Positions 55,158 to 64,000 of a stretch of DNA of 64,000 nucleotides are shown in pieces. Numbering within the stretch: position 1 is the first letter of the stretch; the number at the start of each line of letters is the position of its first letter. The stretch lies in contig JAVBJD010000001.1 in assembly GCA_030756715.1 (NCBI GenBank), positions 5,578-69,577 on the forward strand. The letters are read 5' to 3'. A program made the position numbers and the translations under genes. The notes below the pieces were generated by a model. It was not told the origin of the DNA. It was given only the letters and a program-made list of their open reading frames with translations, and did not search any database. This DNA is from Conexivisphaerales archaeon (GTDB lineage Archaea; Thermoproteota; Nitrososphaeria; Conexivisphaerales; UBA164).

Positions 55158-56904
55158 TTATATATTTTTGTAAAAACGCGGAAATCAGTATGACCGGAAC
55201 GGAAACTAGCAATCCTGCTGCGGCCAGCATTCCATAGTTTACAACCTCACCAGAACCGTAAACTAACGCAGAAGCTACAAAAACGGTCGCTGTTTCTGAA
55301 CCCGTGGGCGGAAAGTTAAAAAGGTATGGCGTTCTGCCTAAGGTTAACGCGAACATAAATTCTGTATAGCTCGAAAGTATCGCAAAAAATGCAGCTACGG
55401 CAAGCGCAGGCCTTATTATCGGCAAAATTATGTCAAAAAAGGCATCTATGCGTGATTTCCCGTCTATCAACGCTGATTCGTCTATTTCTTTTGGCACGTC
55501 ATTATAAAATCCTGTTAATATCCAAACCGAAAGGGGAAGCGTGAAAATAGGATAAATCAGCATCAAAGCCCACCAAGTGTTCGTGAGTCCTAGTTTTGTT
55601 ATCAGTGTATATATCGGAACAAGATACACCATTGACGGAACAGTGTAAAGGTAAAGCGCCCAGGCGAGCAGCTTTGTACCGCCAAGTTTAAACCTCGCTA
55701 TTGAATAAGCGGCTGGTGCCGCTAAAATTATTGTTAAAGCAGCTACAACAGGCGCCACTACAAGGCTCACTATGAGGTAAGGAGCTCCCTGTGAAATCGC
55801 CATAGAAAAGTTCTTTATAAGACCTTGTATTGGGTGATGAGGCAGCATACTCATAACTATCCCAGAATAGTGCATTGATGTTAAAAGTGTCCAGATTATT
55901 GGAAAAAATGCAAAAGTTGCGCTAAAAATAAGGATCAGATAAGCAAGCGCGAGGGAAATTTCTGGCCTAATGTTAAATGAAGGGAAAGAAACCCTAAGTC
56001 TAAAATGCCTTTCCTTCTTTTTTGTTTCCAGCCCAAGCCTGCTTTCAAGCCCCATAGCTTTTATAAAAAGTATGCCTAAAATGGTGGATATCCCTGCTAA
56101 AATTACCACTGAAGCCATAGCTATACCTTGATAACCCGGAACAAACGCATAAATGTATGCATAATATACTAAGAGTGCATTGCTTGGGTTAAAACCACCT
56201 GAATCTATGACAAATATTACGTCAAAAGTTCTAAAAGCAGTAATAAGCGTCATTAGAACTGCTACAACAACGGAAGGCAATATTAATGGTAGAGTGACCT
56301 GAGTAAACATATCTGAAGTTGAAAGACCATCAACCATTGCTGCTTCTTTCAATTGTGGAGGTATTGCCTGAACCCCAGCGAGCACAAGTAAAAAAGCAAA
56401 AGGCGTCGTTTGCCATATGGTTATTATTATCAATGAGAGAAGCATAACGTGAGGGTCGGCAAGCCACCCTATGGTTGGAAAATGAAAAAGCTTCAGAACA
56501 TAATCAAGAGGTCCGACAAACGGATCCATTATTATCTCCCAAACAACTGCTACAACTACCGCTGGTAGCATTAAAGGTGAAGTTAAAAACGTAGTAAAGA
56601 TTGATTTTCCCCTAGCTATTCTTTCTATAGATAAAGCTAATAATATAGAGAACACTATGTCAGCTGCAGTTACTGAAAAAGCAAATATAAGAGTGTTAAT
56701 GAACGTTTTAAGAAAAAATGGGTTACTAAAAAGCAAAATATAATTTTCTACTCCAACCATACCAGCGAAATTATAAAGAAGACCTACTTTTGAGAAACTA
56801 AGAATTATTGAGTAAACTATTGGATAAAGGGTGAAAACAACCAAATAAATAATAAAAGGTAAAGCTAATATTAAAGCTGCGTTCCTGTAGCTCCAGTTAG
56901 ACAT
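55123..56904 (-). CDS. Fused double permease of a carbohydrate ABC importer (MalF-like plus MalG-like halves)
   Basis: 593 aa with two binding-protein-dependent transport permease halves, each with an EAA-like loop (LKEAAMVDGLS; IDESALIDGKS). Confidence 0.8.
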   Translation of the reverse strand: MSNWSYRNAALILALPFIIYLVVFTLYPIVYSIILSFSKVGLLYNFAGMVGVENYILLFSNPFFLKTFINTLIFAFSVTAADIVFSILLALSIERIARGKSIFTTFLTSPLMLPAVVVAVVWEIIMDPFVGPLDYVLKLFHFPTIGWLADPHVMLLSLIIITIWQTTPFAFLLVLAGVQAIPPQLKEAAMVDGLSTSDMFTQVTLPLILPSVVVAVLMTLITAFRTFDVIFVIDSGGFNPSNALLVYYAYIYAFVPGYQGIAMASVVILAGISTILGILFIKAMGLESRLGLETKKKERHFRLRVSFPSFNIRPEISLALAYLILIFSATFAFFPIIWTLLTSMHYSGIVMSMLPHHPIQGLIKNFSMAISQGAPYLIVSLVVAPVVAALTIILAAPAAYSIARFKLGGTKLLAWALYLYTVPSMVYLVPIYTLITKLGLTNTWWALMLIYPIFTLPLSVWILTGFYNDVPKEIDESALIDGKSRIDAFFDIILPIIRPALAVAAFFAILSSYTEFMFALTLGRTPYLFNFPPTGSETATVFVASALVYGSGEVVNYGMLAAAGLLVSVPVILISAFLQKYIIKGLWVGGLKG

Positions 56905-56907
56905 GTG

Positions 56908-58362
56908 TTATTTTGAAAGGTACTGATTTATATATGTTGCCCACTGTGAAGCGGCTGTATTGAGGGCTGTGTATGGGTTGTTTGTTACGCCAGTTATGTA
57001 ATTGAATATCTGATGGTTTAGAACGGGCATAAGCTCAGAAGAGGTTATTGGCAACGCTGGCGGGTTAGCATATGCTACCTGAGCGGCCTTTGTGTAGAAC
57101 GACCACTCTTTTGTATAAGTGCTGTTGCTAGCAATTAGTTTTATCGCACCAAGTTCATCTGGCGGGAATCCTCCTCTATAGTAAAGGCTTGCTGCTTCCT
57201 TGTCAGAAGTAATAAATTCAAGGAACTGGAAAGCCAGTGCTTTATGAGCTGAATATTTTGCTATACCTAAGAATGAACCTCCTGCTTCAGCATAACCTCC
57301 CGGAAGGAGAGCCATTGCTATCTTTCCTGCTGTTGCGGGATATTGAGATGGGTTGTTGAATGAGTCGTAAAATCCTGACCAGCCTATCTCCATGCCTGCC
57401 TGGCCGGCTCCAAATAAAGATTGAAGGTGACTATAGTCAACGATTAAAACGTTGGGTGAAGGTTCATATTGCACTAACTGCTTTAATGTCACTAATGCGG
57501 CTGCTCCTGCTGAATTATTAAATGACGGTTTTAGCTGGGAGGTAAAAAGTATGTTAAACGGTGGCAAACCGCCTTTTGTGCCTCCATTAAGGGTAGTGTT
57601 CTGCATATACCACCAGTAAAATATGGCAGGGAAAGTATCTATAAGTCCGTGGCTTGGGTTATCGTCTACAATTATACCATACTGAGCCGCGTGGTGTTGC
57701 TGTATGAACTGCGCTGCCCACACAACTTCGGTCCAGTTTGTCCAATCGTTCGGATTAAATGGCACCTTGTACTGAGCTTGGAACGCCTGCGCAAGAGTTG
57801 CGTTCCCGAATATATCAGTTCTGTAAAACAGAACCAGCACACTAAGATCAAGAGGTAGACCTATTATTTCTGTTTGTTTTGTAGATAGGTTATAGAATTC
57901 CCCTCCAAAAGACAGAAATGCGCTCGGTATATCTGAAAGATTATAATTATACTGAGATATAAAAGGTCCTAAGGGTGTAACATATGGCGCTATTGCGCCA
58001 GACATAGTTGGGCTCCAAGTGAATATATCATACGAAGAAGCATTACCCTGAGATTCTGCTACTATTTCTTTTTCTAAGACGTTAGCAAATGTGGTCTCTA
58101 TAAAGTTAAAATGAACATTTGGGTGCGTTGCCTCAAAATCTTTTGCCGCCATTTCAACTGTTTTATCATTCCAACCCGAAACTACAACCACATTAAGGGT
58201 AACAGGTTTTGGTGTTGTAAGCGTAATGTAATATGAGTAACCTGCTATTCCCGCGATGATTATCACGATTATCAGGATTGCTACTAGATATTTACTTATA
58301 GCCTTTTTAGATCTCATGTCAGAAATAATAAATAAAAGCTCAAATATAAACTTTATATTCAC
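56908..58362 (-). CDS. Extracellular solute-binding protein of the ABC importer
   Basis: N-terminal membrane anchor followed by a large soluble domain. Immediately upstream of the permease. The start is possibly ATG 58317 (MRSKKAISKY). Confidence 0.7.
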   Translation of the reverse strand: MNIKFIFELLFIISDMRSKKAISKYLVAILIIVIIIAGIAGYSYYITLTTPKPVTLNVVVVSGWNDKTVEMAAKDFEATHPNVHFNFIETTFANVLEKEIVAESQGNASSYDIFTWSPTMSGAIAPYVTPLGPFISQYNYNLSDIPSAFLSFGGEFYNLSTKQTEIIGLPLDLSVLVLFYRTDIFGNATLAQAFQAQYKVPFNPNDWTNWTEVVWAAQFIQQHHAAQYGIIVDDNPSHGLIDTFPAIFYWWYMQNTTLNGGTKGGLPPFNILFTSQLKPSFNNSAGAAALVTLKQLVQYEPSPNVLIVDYSHLQSLFGAGQAGMEIGWSGFYDSFNNPSQYPATAGKIAMALLPGGYAEAGGSFLGIAKYSAHKALAFQFLEFITSDKEAASLYYRGGFPPDELGAIKLIASNSTYTKEWSFYTKAAQVAYANPPALPITSSELMPVLNHQIFNYITGVTNNPYTALNTAASQWATYINQYLSK

Positions 58363-58422
58363 AAAAATATTTTTTATAATGATAACTTCTTTTTAAAAAT
58401 TTTAAAATTAATTGCTAATCTT

Positions 58423-58686
58423 TTATTCGCTAATTATGCTTAGATCGTTTGAAGCAACAATATAATCGATGACTTCTTTAACCCACACCCCCGTTTCAGG
58501 CCTTTTTCTTACTTCTTTCAAATATTCATTAAAGGAAATGTTGAAAGCTTCTTTCCAGTATTTATAACCTTCAGTTAGGCTCTTTGCCGCGGTCCTGTGT
58601 TTAAAACACAGTAAACCTTCTTCTGAATAAGACCCGCAAACTACGCACTTTTTATTTTGCTGCTTGGGCACTCCGGGTTCGGACAA
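58423..58686 (-). CDS. Small Cys/His-motif protein overlapping the topoisomerase 3' end (uncertain)
   Basis: CVVCGSYSEEGLLCFKH followed by a helical tail. Candidate starts are TTG 58686 or GTG 71; the track's ATG 58791 would give a 151 nt overlap with the topoisomerase gene. Confidence 0.35.
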   Translation of the reverse strand: MSEPGVPKQQNKKCVVCGSYSEEGLLCFKHRTAAKSLTEGYKYWKEAFNISFNEYLKEVRKRPETGVWVKEVIDYIVASNDLSIISE

Positions 58687-60599
58687 AACACCCAACCACC
58701 TCTCTTTATCATAGGCCACCCGCAATAACTGCAATTTTTCTTTGCGGGAACTAGCTTGCCTTTTCTTGGAAGCGGCGCTGATGCTCCACAAACGTTACAT
58801 TTTAAATACCTTTTTCCGGCCTGAGATATGTGCAGTATAAGCTCGCCTTTTCCGCAAACCGGACATTTTCCAAACGATTCACCGGTTCCAGCGGCGAGGT
58901 ATTTTCTTGTAAGTTCAACCATCTCTTCCGAATGTTTCACGTTTTTCAGTTCTTCGATAAGGAATCTAGCGCTTTCACCTAAGACGTAACTTGGATGAGC
59001 TTTACCGAATTCAATATTCTCTAGAGAATTCTCTAGCTTTCTTGTCATTTCAAGCGTTATTATCTGGGAAAAACTGAAATACCTAGCAACGCTGAAGCCC
59101 AGTTCTGTTATTTCTATCCTGTTGCCCTTTATGTACCCCCTTTTGTAAAGCGTTTTTATGATATCGGCTCTTGTAGCCTTTGTGCCTATTTCATTAGATT
59201 CCATCCACTCTAAAAGGCTTGAAGGAGTATACCTTGAAGGGGGTTTCGTATAAGTAAGCTCCACCTTTACATCTTTAATGAGCACTTTGTCACCTACAGA
59301 AGCATCTGGAATGCTCTTTTCTCTTATTTCTTTAAAAGGATAGACTTCAAGCCACCCCCTGTCTACAAGTGCTGCTCCATCGGCTTCAAGGTCAAATACA
59401 TCTGCCCTCACTTTTATATATTTTTTAGCTACCTTTGCGTTTCTGTAAAAAGTACCTATGAACCTCCTCGCAACAAGGTCATAAAGTTTGAACTCGGTAC
59501 CGCTTAAGGGTTGCAGTTCACCGGTTGGGTAGATTGCCGGATGAGCCGGATCGTCCATTGGCCCTTCAACCGGGTAAGACCTTGATATGTTTGCCGTTTC
59601 TTTGTATCTCTGACCCAGCTTTGTAAGAATCGATTTATAATTGATTGCTGGAGGAAGTTTTTGTGAACTAGTTCGAGGATAAGATATAAGCGCCCTCAAA
59701 TACAGCTTTTCAAGAATAGCCAAAGATTCCCATGGCTGAATGCCAAAAAGCCTGTAGACTTCTTTTTGTAGATCCGATAAGTTAAACGGATATGGCGGTT
59801 TTATTTCTTCCATGCTCTTATCAAAAAACGTTACTTTACCTATCTTTCCCTTTAGCTCCTTTGCCCTTTGCACTTCTTCTAAACTTCTTAAATTTGGACC
59901 AGAAAGTTCAAGTTCTTCACCTTTTATTTCGCCTATAACTTTAAACTTCCAGTATGGTTTTGGCACATATGAGTTTATTTCTGATTCCCTGTTATATATC
60001 TCAATCAAAGTAGGCCCCTGTACCCTTCCTATGCTCAGGCTCAACCTTTTGCCTGTACCGCGCCTTACTTCTTCCATCAGCAGACGCGACAGGCTTATCC
60101 CCCACATAAAGTCAATGTAGTGCCTAGTCCTTCCAGCATCGGCCATAAGCCATTTATCCCTTGTTAAGAGGCTGTTGAAGCTGTGCTTTAATTCTTCTAC
60201 AGTTAGAGTTGAAAACTTTGCTCTTTTAACTACCTTTTCAAAACCTCCATTGTACTTTACAATGTTAAAACCTATCGTTTCACCTTCTATGTCATAATCG
60301 CACGCTATTACAACCTGTTCACTTTCTCTGAGCAGCTTTTTCATAACTTCTAAAAGCTTTATGACGTATCTATCATCTTCTAAAGGAACCCACTCAACAT
60401 CTAACACAGGAAAAAGGCTCAGATCTCCGACGTCTGTTTTCAATGTGTAAAGATGTCCTCTAGCAGGTATTACGTAAAACTTTGTAGAGTTCCATGAACC
60501 GACATAAACCGGGACTCCTTCTAAGGCAAGCTTTTTATAAGAACGATCAAGAGCAAAAGCGATTCTCTTAGCAGCATCGTTTTTTTCTGCTATGATTAA
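58641..60599 (-). CDS. Type IA DNA topoisomerase (Topo III/TopA-like) with C-terminal zinc ribbons
   Basis: TOPRIM LIIAEKNDAAKRIA, YPRTSS active-site Tyr context, and C-terminal CPVCG..CNVCG and CSYCG..CPNPEC. The 5' end abuts tRNA-Val, and no ATG/GTG/TTG exists between the tRNA and the TOPRIM motif. Confidence 0.85.
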   Translation of the reverse strand, partial: LIIAEKNDAAKRIAFALDRSYKKLALEGVPVYVGSWNSTKFYVIPARGHLYTLKTDVGDLSLFPVLDVEWVPLEDDRYVIKLLEVMKKLLRESEQVVIACDYDIEGETIGFNIVKYNGGFEKVVKRAKFSTLTVEELKHSFNSLLTRDKWLMADAGRTRHYIDFMWGISLSRLLMEEVRRGTGKRLSLSIGRVQGPTLIEIYNRESEINSYVPKPYWKFKVIGEIKGEELELSGPNLRSLEEVQRAKELKGKIGKVTFFDKSMEEIKPPYPFNLSDLQKEVYRLFGIQPWESLAILEKLYLRALISYPRTSSQKLPPAINYKSILTKLGQRYKETANISRSYPVEGPMDDPAHPAIYPTGELQPLSGTEFKLYDLVARRFIGTFYRNAKVAKKYIKVRADVFDLEADGAALVDRGWLEVYPFKEIREKSIPDASVGDKVLIKDVKVELTYTKPPSRYTPSSLLEWMESNEIGTKATRADIIKTLYKRGYIKGNRIEITELGFSVARYFSFSQIITLEMTRKLENSLENIEFGKAHPSYVLGESARFLIEELKNVKHSEEMVELTRKYLAAGTGESFGKCPVCGKGELILHISQAGKRYLKCNVCGASAPLPRKGKLVPAKKNCSYCGWPMIKRGGWVFCPNPECPSSKIKSA

Positions 60600-60601
60600 A
60601 G

Positions 60602-60676
60602 TGGGCCGGGCCGGATTCGAACCGGCGACCTCCGCCGCGTCAAGGCGGTGTGCTGACCAAGCTACACCACCGGCCC
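60602..60676 (-). tRNA. tRNA-Val (GAC)
   Basis: GGGCCGG-UG-GUGU-AGCUUGGUCA-GCAC-A-CCGCC-UUGACGC-GGCGG-AGGUC-GCCGG-UUCGAAU-CCGGC-CCGGCCC-A. Confidence 0.9.
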
Positions 60677-60684
60677 GTGACACT

Positions 60685-60852
60685 TTACTTCTTAGCTCCT
60701 AACTCTCTGTTTTGAAGCCTAAGGGACTTACTACCGCACTTTCTGCATCTAACAGCAGAAATCGGGTTTTTAGCACCACATTTCATGCATATCTTATGCA
60801 TTAGTTTCCTCTGAACAGCTATCTGTCTTTTAACAGGATCAGCTATGGGCAT
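60685..60852 (-). CDS. rpl40e: Ribosomal protein L40e
   Basis: Not in the ORF track (55 aa). Own translation: MPIADPVKRQIAVQRKLMHKICMKCGAKNPISAVRCRKCGSKSLRLQNRELGAKK, matching the archaeal L40e pattern. An upstream in-frame ATG at 60864 is also possible. Confidence 0.85.
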   Translation of the reverse strand: MPIADPVKRQIAVQRKLMHKICMKCGAKNPISAVRCRKCGSKSLRLQNRELGAKK

Positions 60853-61001
60853 AATAACGCTCATACGGTTGTCGTTTATAAACTTTTTAGAAAATTCGAA
60901 GCTATAAAATTCTTGGCTTCCCTTACTTTTAAAATGGCATATAGATAAATGATTTTGAAAAAACGCTACATTAATATGTTAAACATTGTTAAACTAATTC
61001 C

Positions 61002-61925
61002 ATGCAAGGTGAACCCGTTAAAGATATAGTTCTAGAAAAAAACGATGCGCCATTTAGCCTGTTAAAAAAAATGGCTAAAGCCGGCGGATTCTCTGGCAGG
61101 GAAATGGGAGAAGCTCTGGATTATTTGAAAGAGCTTTTTTCTGGAGATTATGGGAGGATTTTGACGTTTCCTGCAGATATAATAGCTACAGGATTAAGGG
61201 GGGTAATAACGCAACTAATAAAGCTAAAGATGTTCGATCTTGTCATAACAACTTGCGGAGCCCTTGACCATGACATAGCGAGAAGCTTCTCTAACTATTA
61301 CGAAGGTTCGTACTTTGAAGACGATGTAAAGCTTAGAGAAAAAGGCATACATAGACTTGGAAATGTTTTCATACCTTTGGAAAATTATGGTCCTCTTATA
61401 GAAAAAAAGATGCAGGAACTGTTGACTTCTGAATACGCTAAAAAAACAAAAACGCCAACTTATACGCTTGCTTGGGATATAGGAAAGATGATAAATAATG
61501 AGTCTTCTTTCCTTTACTGGGCGTATAAAAACCAGATACCTGTCGTTGTTCCGGGTATCACCGATGGTGCTGTTGGATATCAGCTCTGGCTTTTTAAGCA
61601 ATCTCACAGAGATTTTACAGTAGATGCTCTCGAAGATGAGCAGCTTGTATCTGATTTTGTTTACTCCCATAAAAAGCTGGGCGCGCTTATAATTGGCGGG
61701 GGCATCTCAAAACACCACGCGATATGGTGGTCGCAATTTAGGGATGGTCTAGAAATAGCAGTTTACGTAACAACGGCTTATGAATATGATGGAAGCCTTA
61801 GCGGTGCTCTTACGAGAGAGGCAATATCATGGGGAAAAATAAAGCCGCGTGGCAAACACGTTACAGTGCACGGAGATGCAACCATAGTGTTACCGTTTTT
61901 GATACATGGTGTACTCTATGGTTAA
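61002..61925 (+). CDS. dys: Deoxyhypusine synthase
   Basis: IIGGGISKHH and the catalytic-lysine context EAISWGKI. Confidence 0.85.
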   Translation: MQGEPVKDIVLEKNDAPFSLLKKMAKAGGFSGREMGEALDYLKELFSGDYGRILTFPADIIATGLRGVITQLIKLKMFDLVITTCGALDHDIARSFSNYYEGSYFEDDVKLREKGIHRLGNVFIPLENYGPLIEKKMQELLTSEYAKKTKTPTYTLAWDIGKMINNESSFLYWAYKNQIPVVVPGITDGAVGYQLWLFKQSHRDFTVDALEDEQLVSDFVYSHKKLGALIIGGGISKHHAIWWSQFRDGLEIAVYVTTAYEYDGSLSGALTREAISWGKIKPRGKHVTVHGDATIVLPFLIHGVLYG

Positions 61926-62980
61926 GGTATAACTTCTGTTGAATCCTGAGTTGGATCGTATTTTAATTGATCCTTGGAGATAATACCCTCATTTATATAG
62001 TGGTCCAGATATTTAGTTAAAGAAATGACCTCTTCGATTGTTCTTTTTGTAATTTCATCAAGGTCTTCATAAAATGACCCCCAAAGATTTTTACCCTCCA
62101 TTAGTGAATAAAGGCATCTGCCTCCGCAGTATCTAAAGTATTCGCATGATTTGCACTTTTCTGGAATTTCTAATCCTTTAAATTTGAACCCTTTATCAAC
62201 ATCTCCAAGTACGGCCCATCTTTCAAAAACAGCTATAGGGCACGCAAGGATCCTTCCATCAGTGCTTACGGAAATGGACCTGTAACCGGCTCCGCACGGA
62301 GGACCATTGTACCCATCAAAGTAATGCGCAGAAAGTATTCCTAAAAAAGGTATTATGCCCAGAACATTTCCCTGAGAAGCTTCTTCTAAAAATTTTTCCC
62401 CGAGCTTTCTTATGCCTGGTATGTAAGAGCTGTAAGCCCAGCTTTTTATGTTCCATTTTTTACTCCATACGGCGTTTAGCTGCCAATGAACATTTTTAAA
62501 GCCTATTGAAAAAAGGTGCATTACATCTTCATATATGTCAGTGTACTGAGTTACTGTCATTCTTGCTATGATCTTGCTTATTCCTATTGAATTCAGTTTT
62601 ATCAAACTTTTTAAAACAGAATCATAAGTCCCTTTTCCTCTGAATCTGTCCGTTAACTGTTTCCTGCCATCTATAGACAGCAAAACTACATCCATCTTTT
62701 TCCAATATTTTTCAGGAAGAAGGTCGATCTTTGTCCCGTTAGTCTGGATGCCGAACCTTCTGGCCTGAATTTCGTCCATTATATCTTCAATGAACTCGGG
62801 GTTTAGCAATGGTTCGCCGCCATAAAATATTATTACGGCTTCTGAATCTGCCTCTATCATTTCTTTTAGTACGTTCAGATCGTACTTAACTTTCCATGGC
62901 ACAATATTAGGACTAAACGACCCACCACAATAAGAGCACTTAAGGTTACATTCTCCTGTTGTGTAAATTAACCATAGCAT
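61922..62980 (-). CDS. Radical SAM enzyme with a SPASM-type C-terminal Cys cluster
   Basis: CNLKCSYCGG (CxxxCxxC), then CGAGYRSISVSTDGRILACP and CKSCEYFRYCGGRC. Confidence 0.8.
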   Translation of the reverse strand: MLWLIYTTGECNLKCSYCGGSFSPNIVPWKVKYDLNVLKEMIEADSEAVIIFYGGEPLLNPEFIEDIMDEIQARRFGIQTNGTKIDLLPEKYWKKMDVVLLSIDGRKQLTDRFRGKGTYDSVLKSLIKLNSIGISKIIARMTVTQYTDIYEDVMHLFSIGFKNVHWQLNAVWSKKWNIKSWAYSSYIPGIRKLGEKFLEEASQGNVLGIIPFLGILSAHYFDGYNGPPCGAGYRSISVSTDGRILACPIAVFERWAVLGDVDKGFKFKGLEIPEKCKSCEYFRYCGGRCLYSLMEGKNLWGSFYEDLDEITKRTIEEVISLTKYLDHYINEGIISKDQLKYDPTQDSTEVIP

Positions 62981-63022
62981 TTTTAATTGATAAAAAATAA
63001 AAAACGATGCTTAAAAATTAAC

Positions 63023-63610
63023 TTAAAGTTTTCCTATGTCGTCCGGCACTCTGATCTTTATTACTGGCATTCCTTCTTCCCAGTTGGCTGGGATTATGTC
63101 GAACTCTTCTGGCTTTGCTGGGTGCTCATATATGTACTTTAGCCCTTTCAAAGCGTTCAGAACGTGCTTTACGTCCTTGCCAAGTCTATCGTTAAACACT
63201 GATATATACTGGACTACTCCATCAGGGTCTATTATCACGGTGCCTCTTTTTGTCATTCCAGTGTCAGTGTTCAGGAAGCCATAAACGGTAGCTATGTCTT
63301 TCCTTATGTCCTCGACAAGAGGGTATGTAACCTTTTTTACCCTTGGGCTTGTCTCCCACCATACTTTGTGAGAATATATAGAATCCTCGCTTATTGCAAG
63401 GATTTCGGCGTTAAGAGCCTTGAATTTGTCGTAATACGCTTGAAAGGCTTCAAGGTCTGTAGCACATACAAATGTAAAGTCTCCTGGATGAAATGTCAGC
63501 ACTACCCATTTCCCCTTATAATCGCTAAGTTTTAGCTGCTTTATTTTTTTCTCGTTTGGAAAGAATGCCTTTGCAGTAAAATCTGGAGCGGGTTTACCTA
63601 CTTCTATCAT
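63023..63610 (-). CDS. Peroxiredoxin (AhpC/Prx family, probably 1-Cys)
   Basis: PGDFTFVCATD peroxidatic-Cys motif. No second Cys at the usual resolving position (IIPANW). Confidence 0.85.
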   Translation of the reverse strand: MIEVGKPAPDFTAKAFFPNEKKIKQLKLSDYKGKWVVLTFHPGDFTFVCATDLEAFQAYYDKFKALNAEILAISEDSIYSHKVWWETSPRVKKVTYPLVEDIRKDIATVYGFLNTDTGMTKRGTVIIDPDGVVQYISVFNDRLGKDVKHVLNALKGLKYIYEHPAKPEEFDIIPANWEEGMPVIKIRVPDDIGKL

Positions 63611-63674
63611 TTCAGTTATAAATATAACACTCGAACTTATAAGACTTTTTAAATTTTTTATACTAAAATCGCAA

Positions 63675-63953
63675 TTAAACTGATTCTTTTAGCCTTTTCA
63701 TAGCCATTATCATGTATAAAATGTACAGTATAAAAAAGATGATGAATATCACGAACGCTATTTCAGCCGTTATAGAGACAAGATATGCTGGCTTTCCTCC
63801 TACAAATATTAAAGGAAAAGGAAATATAAAAAATGAAAATGCATACCCAGAGGATTGACTGGGAGCATAGATAGTTCCTGCTAAAGCAAAAGATACAAAA
63901 CCAGTTACTATAAAAATGAAGCCCAAAATTATTATAATGTCTGATTTGTTCAT
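63675..63953 (-). CDS. Small membrane protein
   Basis: 92 aa with three hydrophobic helices. Confidence 0.45.
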   Translation of the reverse strand: MNKSDIIIILGFIFIVTGFVSFALAGTIYAPSQSSGYAFSFFIFPFPLIFVGGKPAYLVSITAEIAFVIFIIFFILYILYMIMAMKRLKESV

Positions 63954-64000
63954 TTATAATTAAAATTAAAATGGCATAAATATTAGCATATCTTTATTTT

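Noticed and set aside
60600-60683. N-terminal 28 codons of the track's topoisomerase ORF (MSRAGGVAWSAHRLDAAEVAGSNPARPT)
   Set aside because: This stretch is the tRNA-Val gene read as protein. It is reported as a tRNA instead, and the resulting start-codon problem is recorded as a finding.

Overview
AT-rich archaeal chromosomal segment. Archaeal markers are a thermosome, a LysW-type lysine/arginine cluster, ribosomal protein L40e, deoxyhypusine synthase, intron-containing tRNAs and C/D box sRNAs. Gene packing is dense, with many 4-17 nt overlaps, and content is mostly housekeeping or metabolic. I found no CRISPR array, rRNA, transposase, integrase or provirus. I call about 70 protein genes. 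There are 4 tRNAs: His-GUG with a ~20 nt insertion in the T-loop, Ser-CGA with a canonical 37/38 intron, Arg-CCG and Val-GAC. I also call two C/D box sRNA candidates and one larger GC-rich structured RNA of unresolved class. Two small proteins are absent from the ORF track because they are under 60 aa: LysW (33895-34074) and L40e (60685-60852). The C/D sRNAs, non-canonical tRNA intron, LysW cluster with an Lrp regulator and TFE-beta-like protein suggest a thermophilic TACK/Thermoproteota-like archaeon, but I cannot name the organism. Most interesting observations: (1) Operon 17266-20259 encodes a short, hinge-less, cysteine-free SMC-like ATPase with Smc5/6-type head motifs, plus kleisin-like and tandem winged-helix partners, divergent from a Cas4-like nuclease. 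(2) A 709-aa homologue of the PolD large subunit DP2 keeps the N-terminus, Zn modules and a C-terminal PIP box but has lost the catalytic acidic motif. (3) A GC-rich structured RNA island with its own TATA box lies between trpS and pheS. (4) In the rpl40e - tRNA-Val - topoisomerase IA arrangement, the topoisomerase reading frame starts directly at the tRNA 3' end with no canonical start codon. All functional calls rest on motif recognition by eye; no database search was possible.
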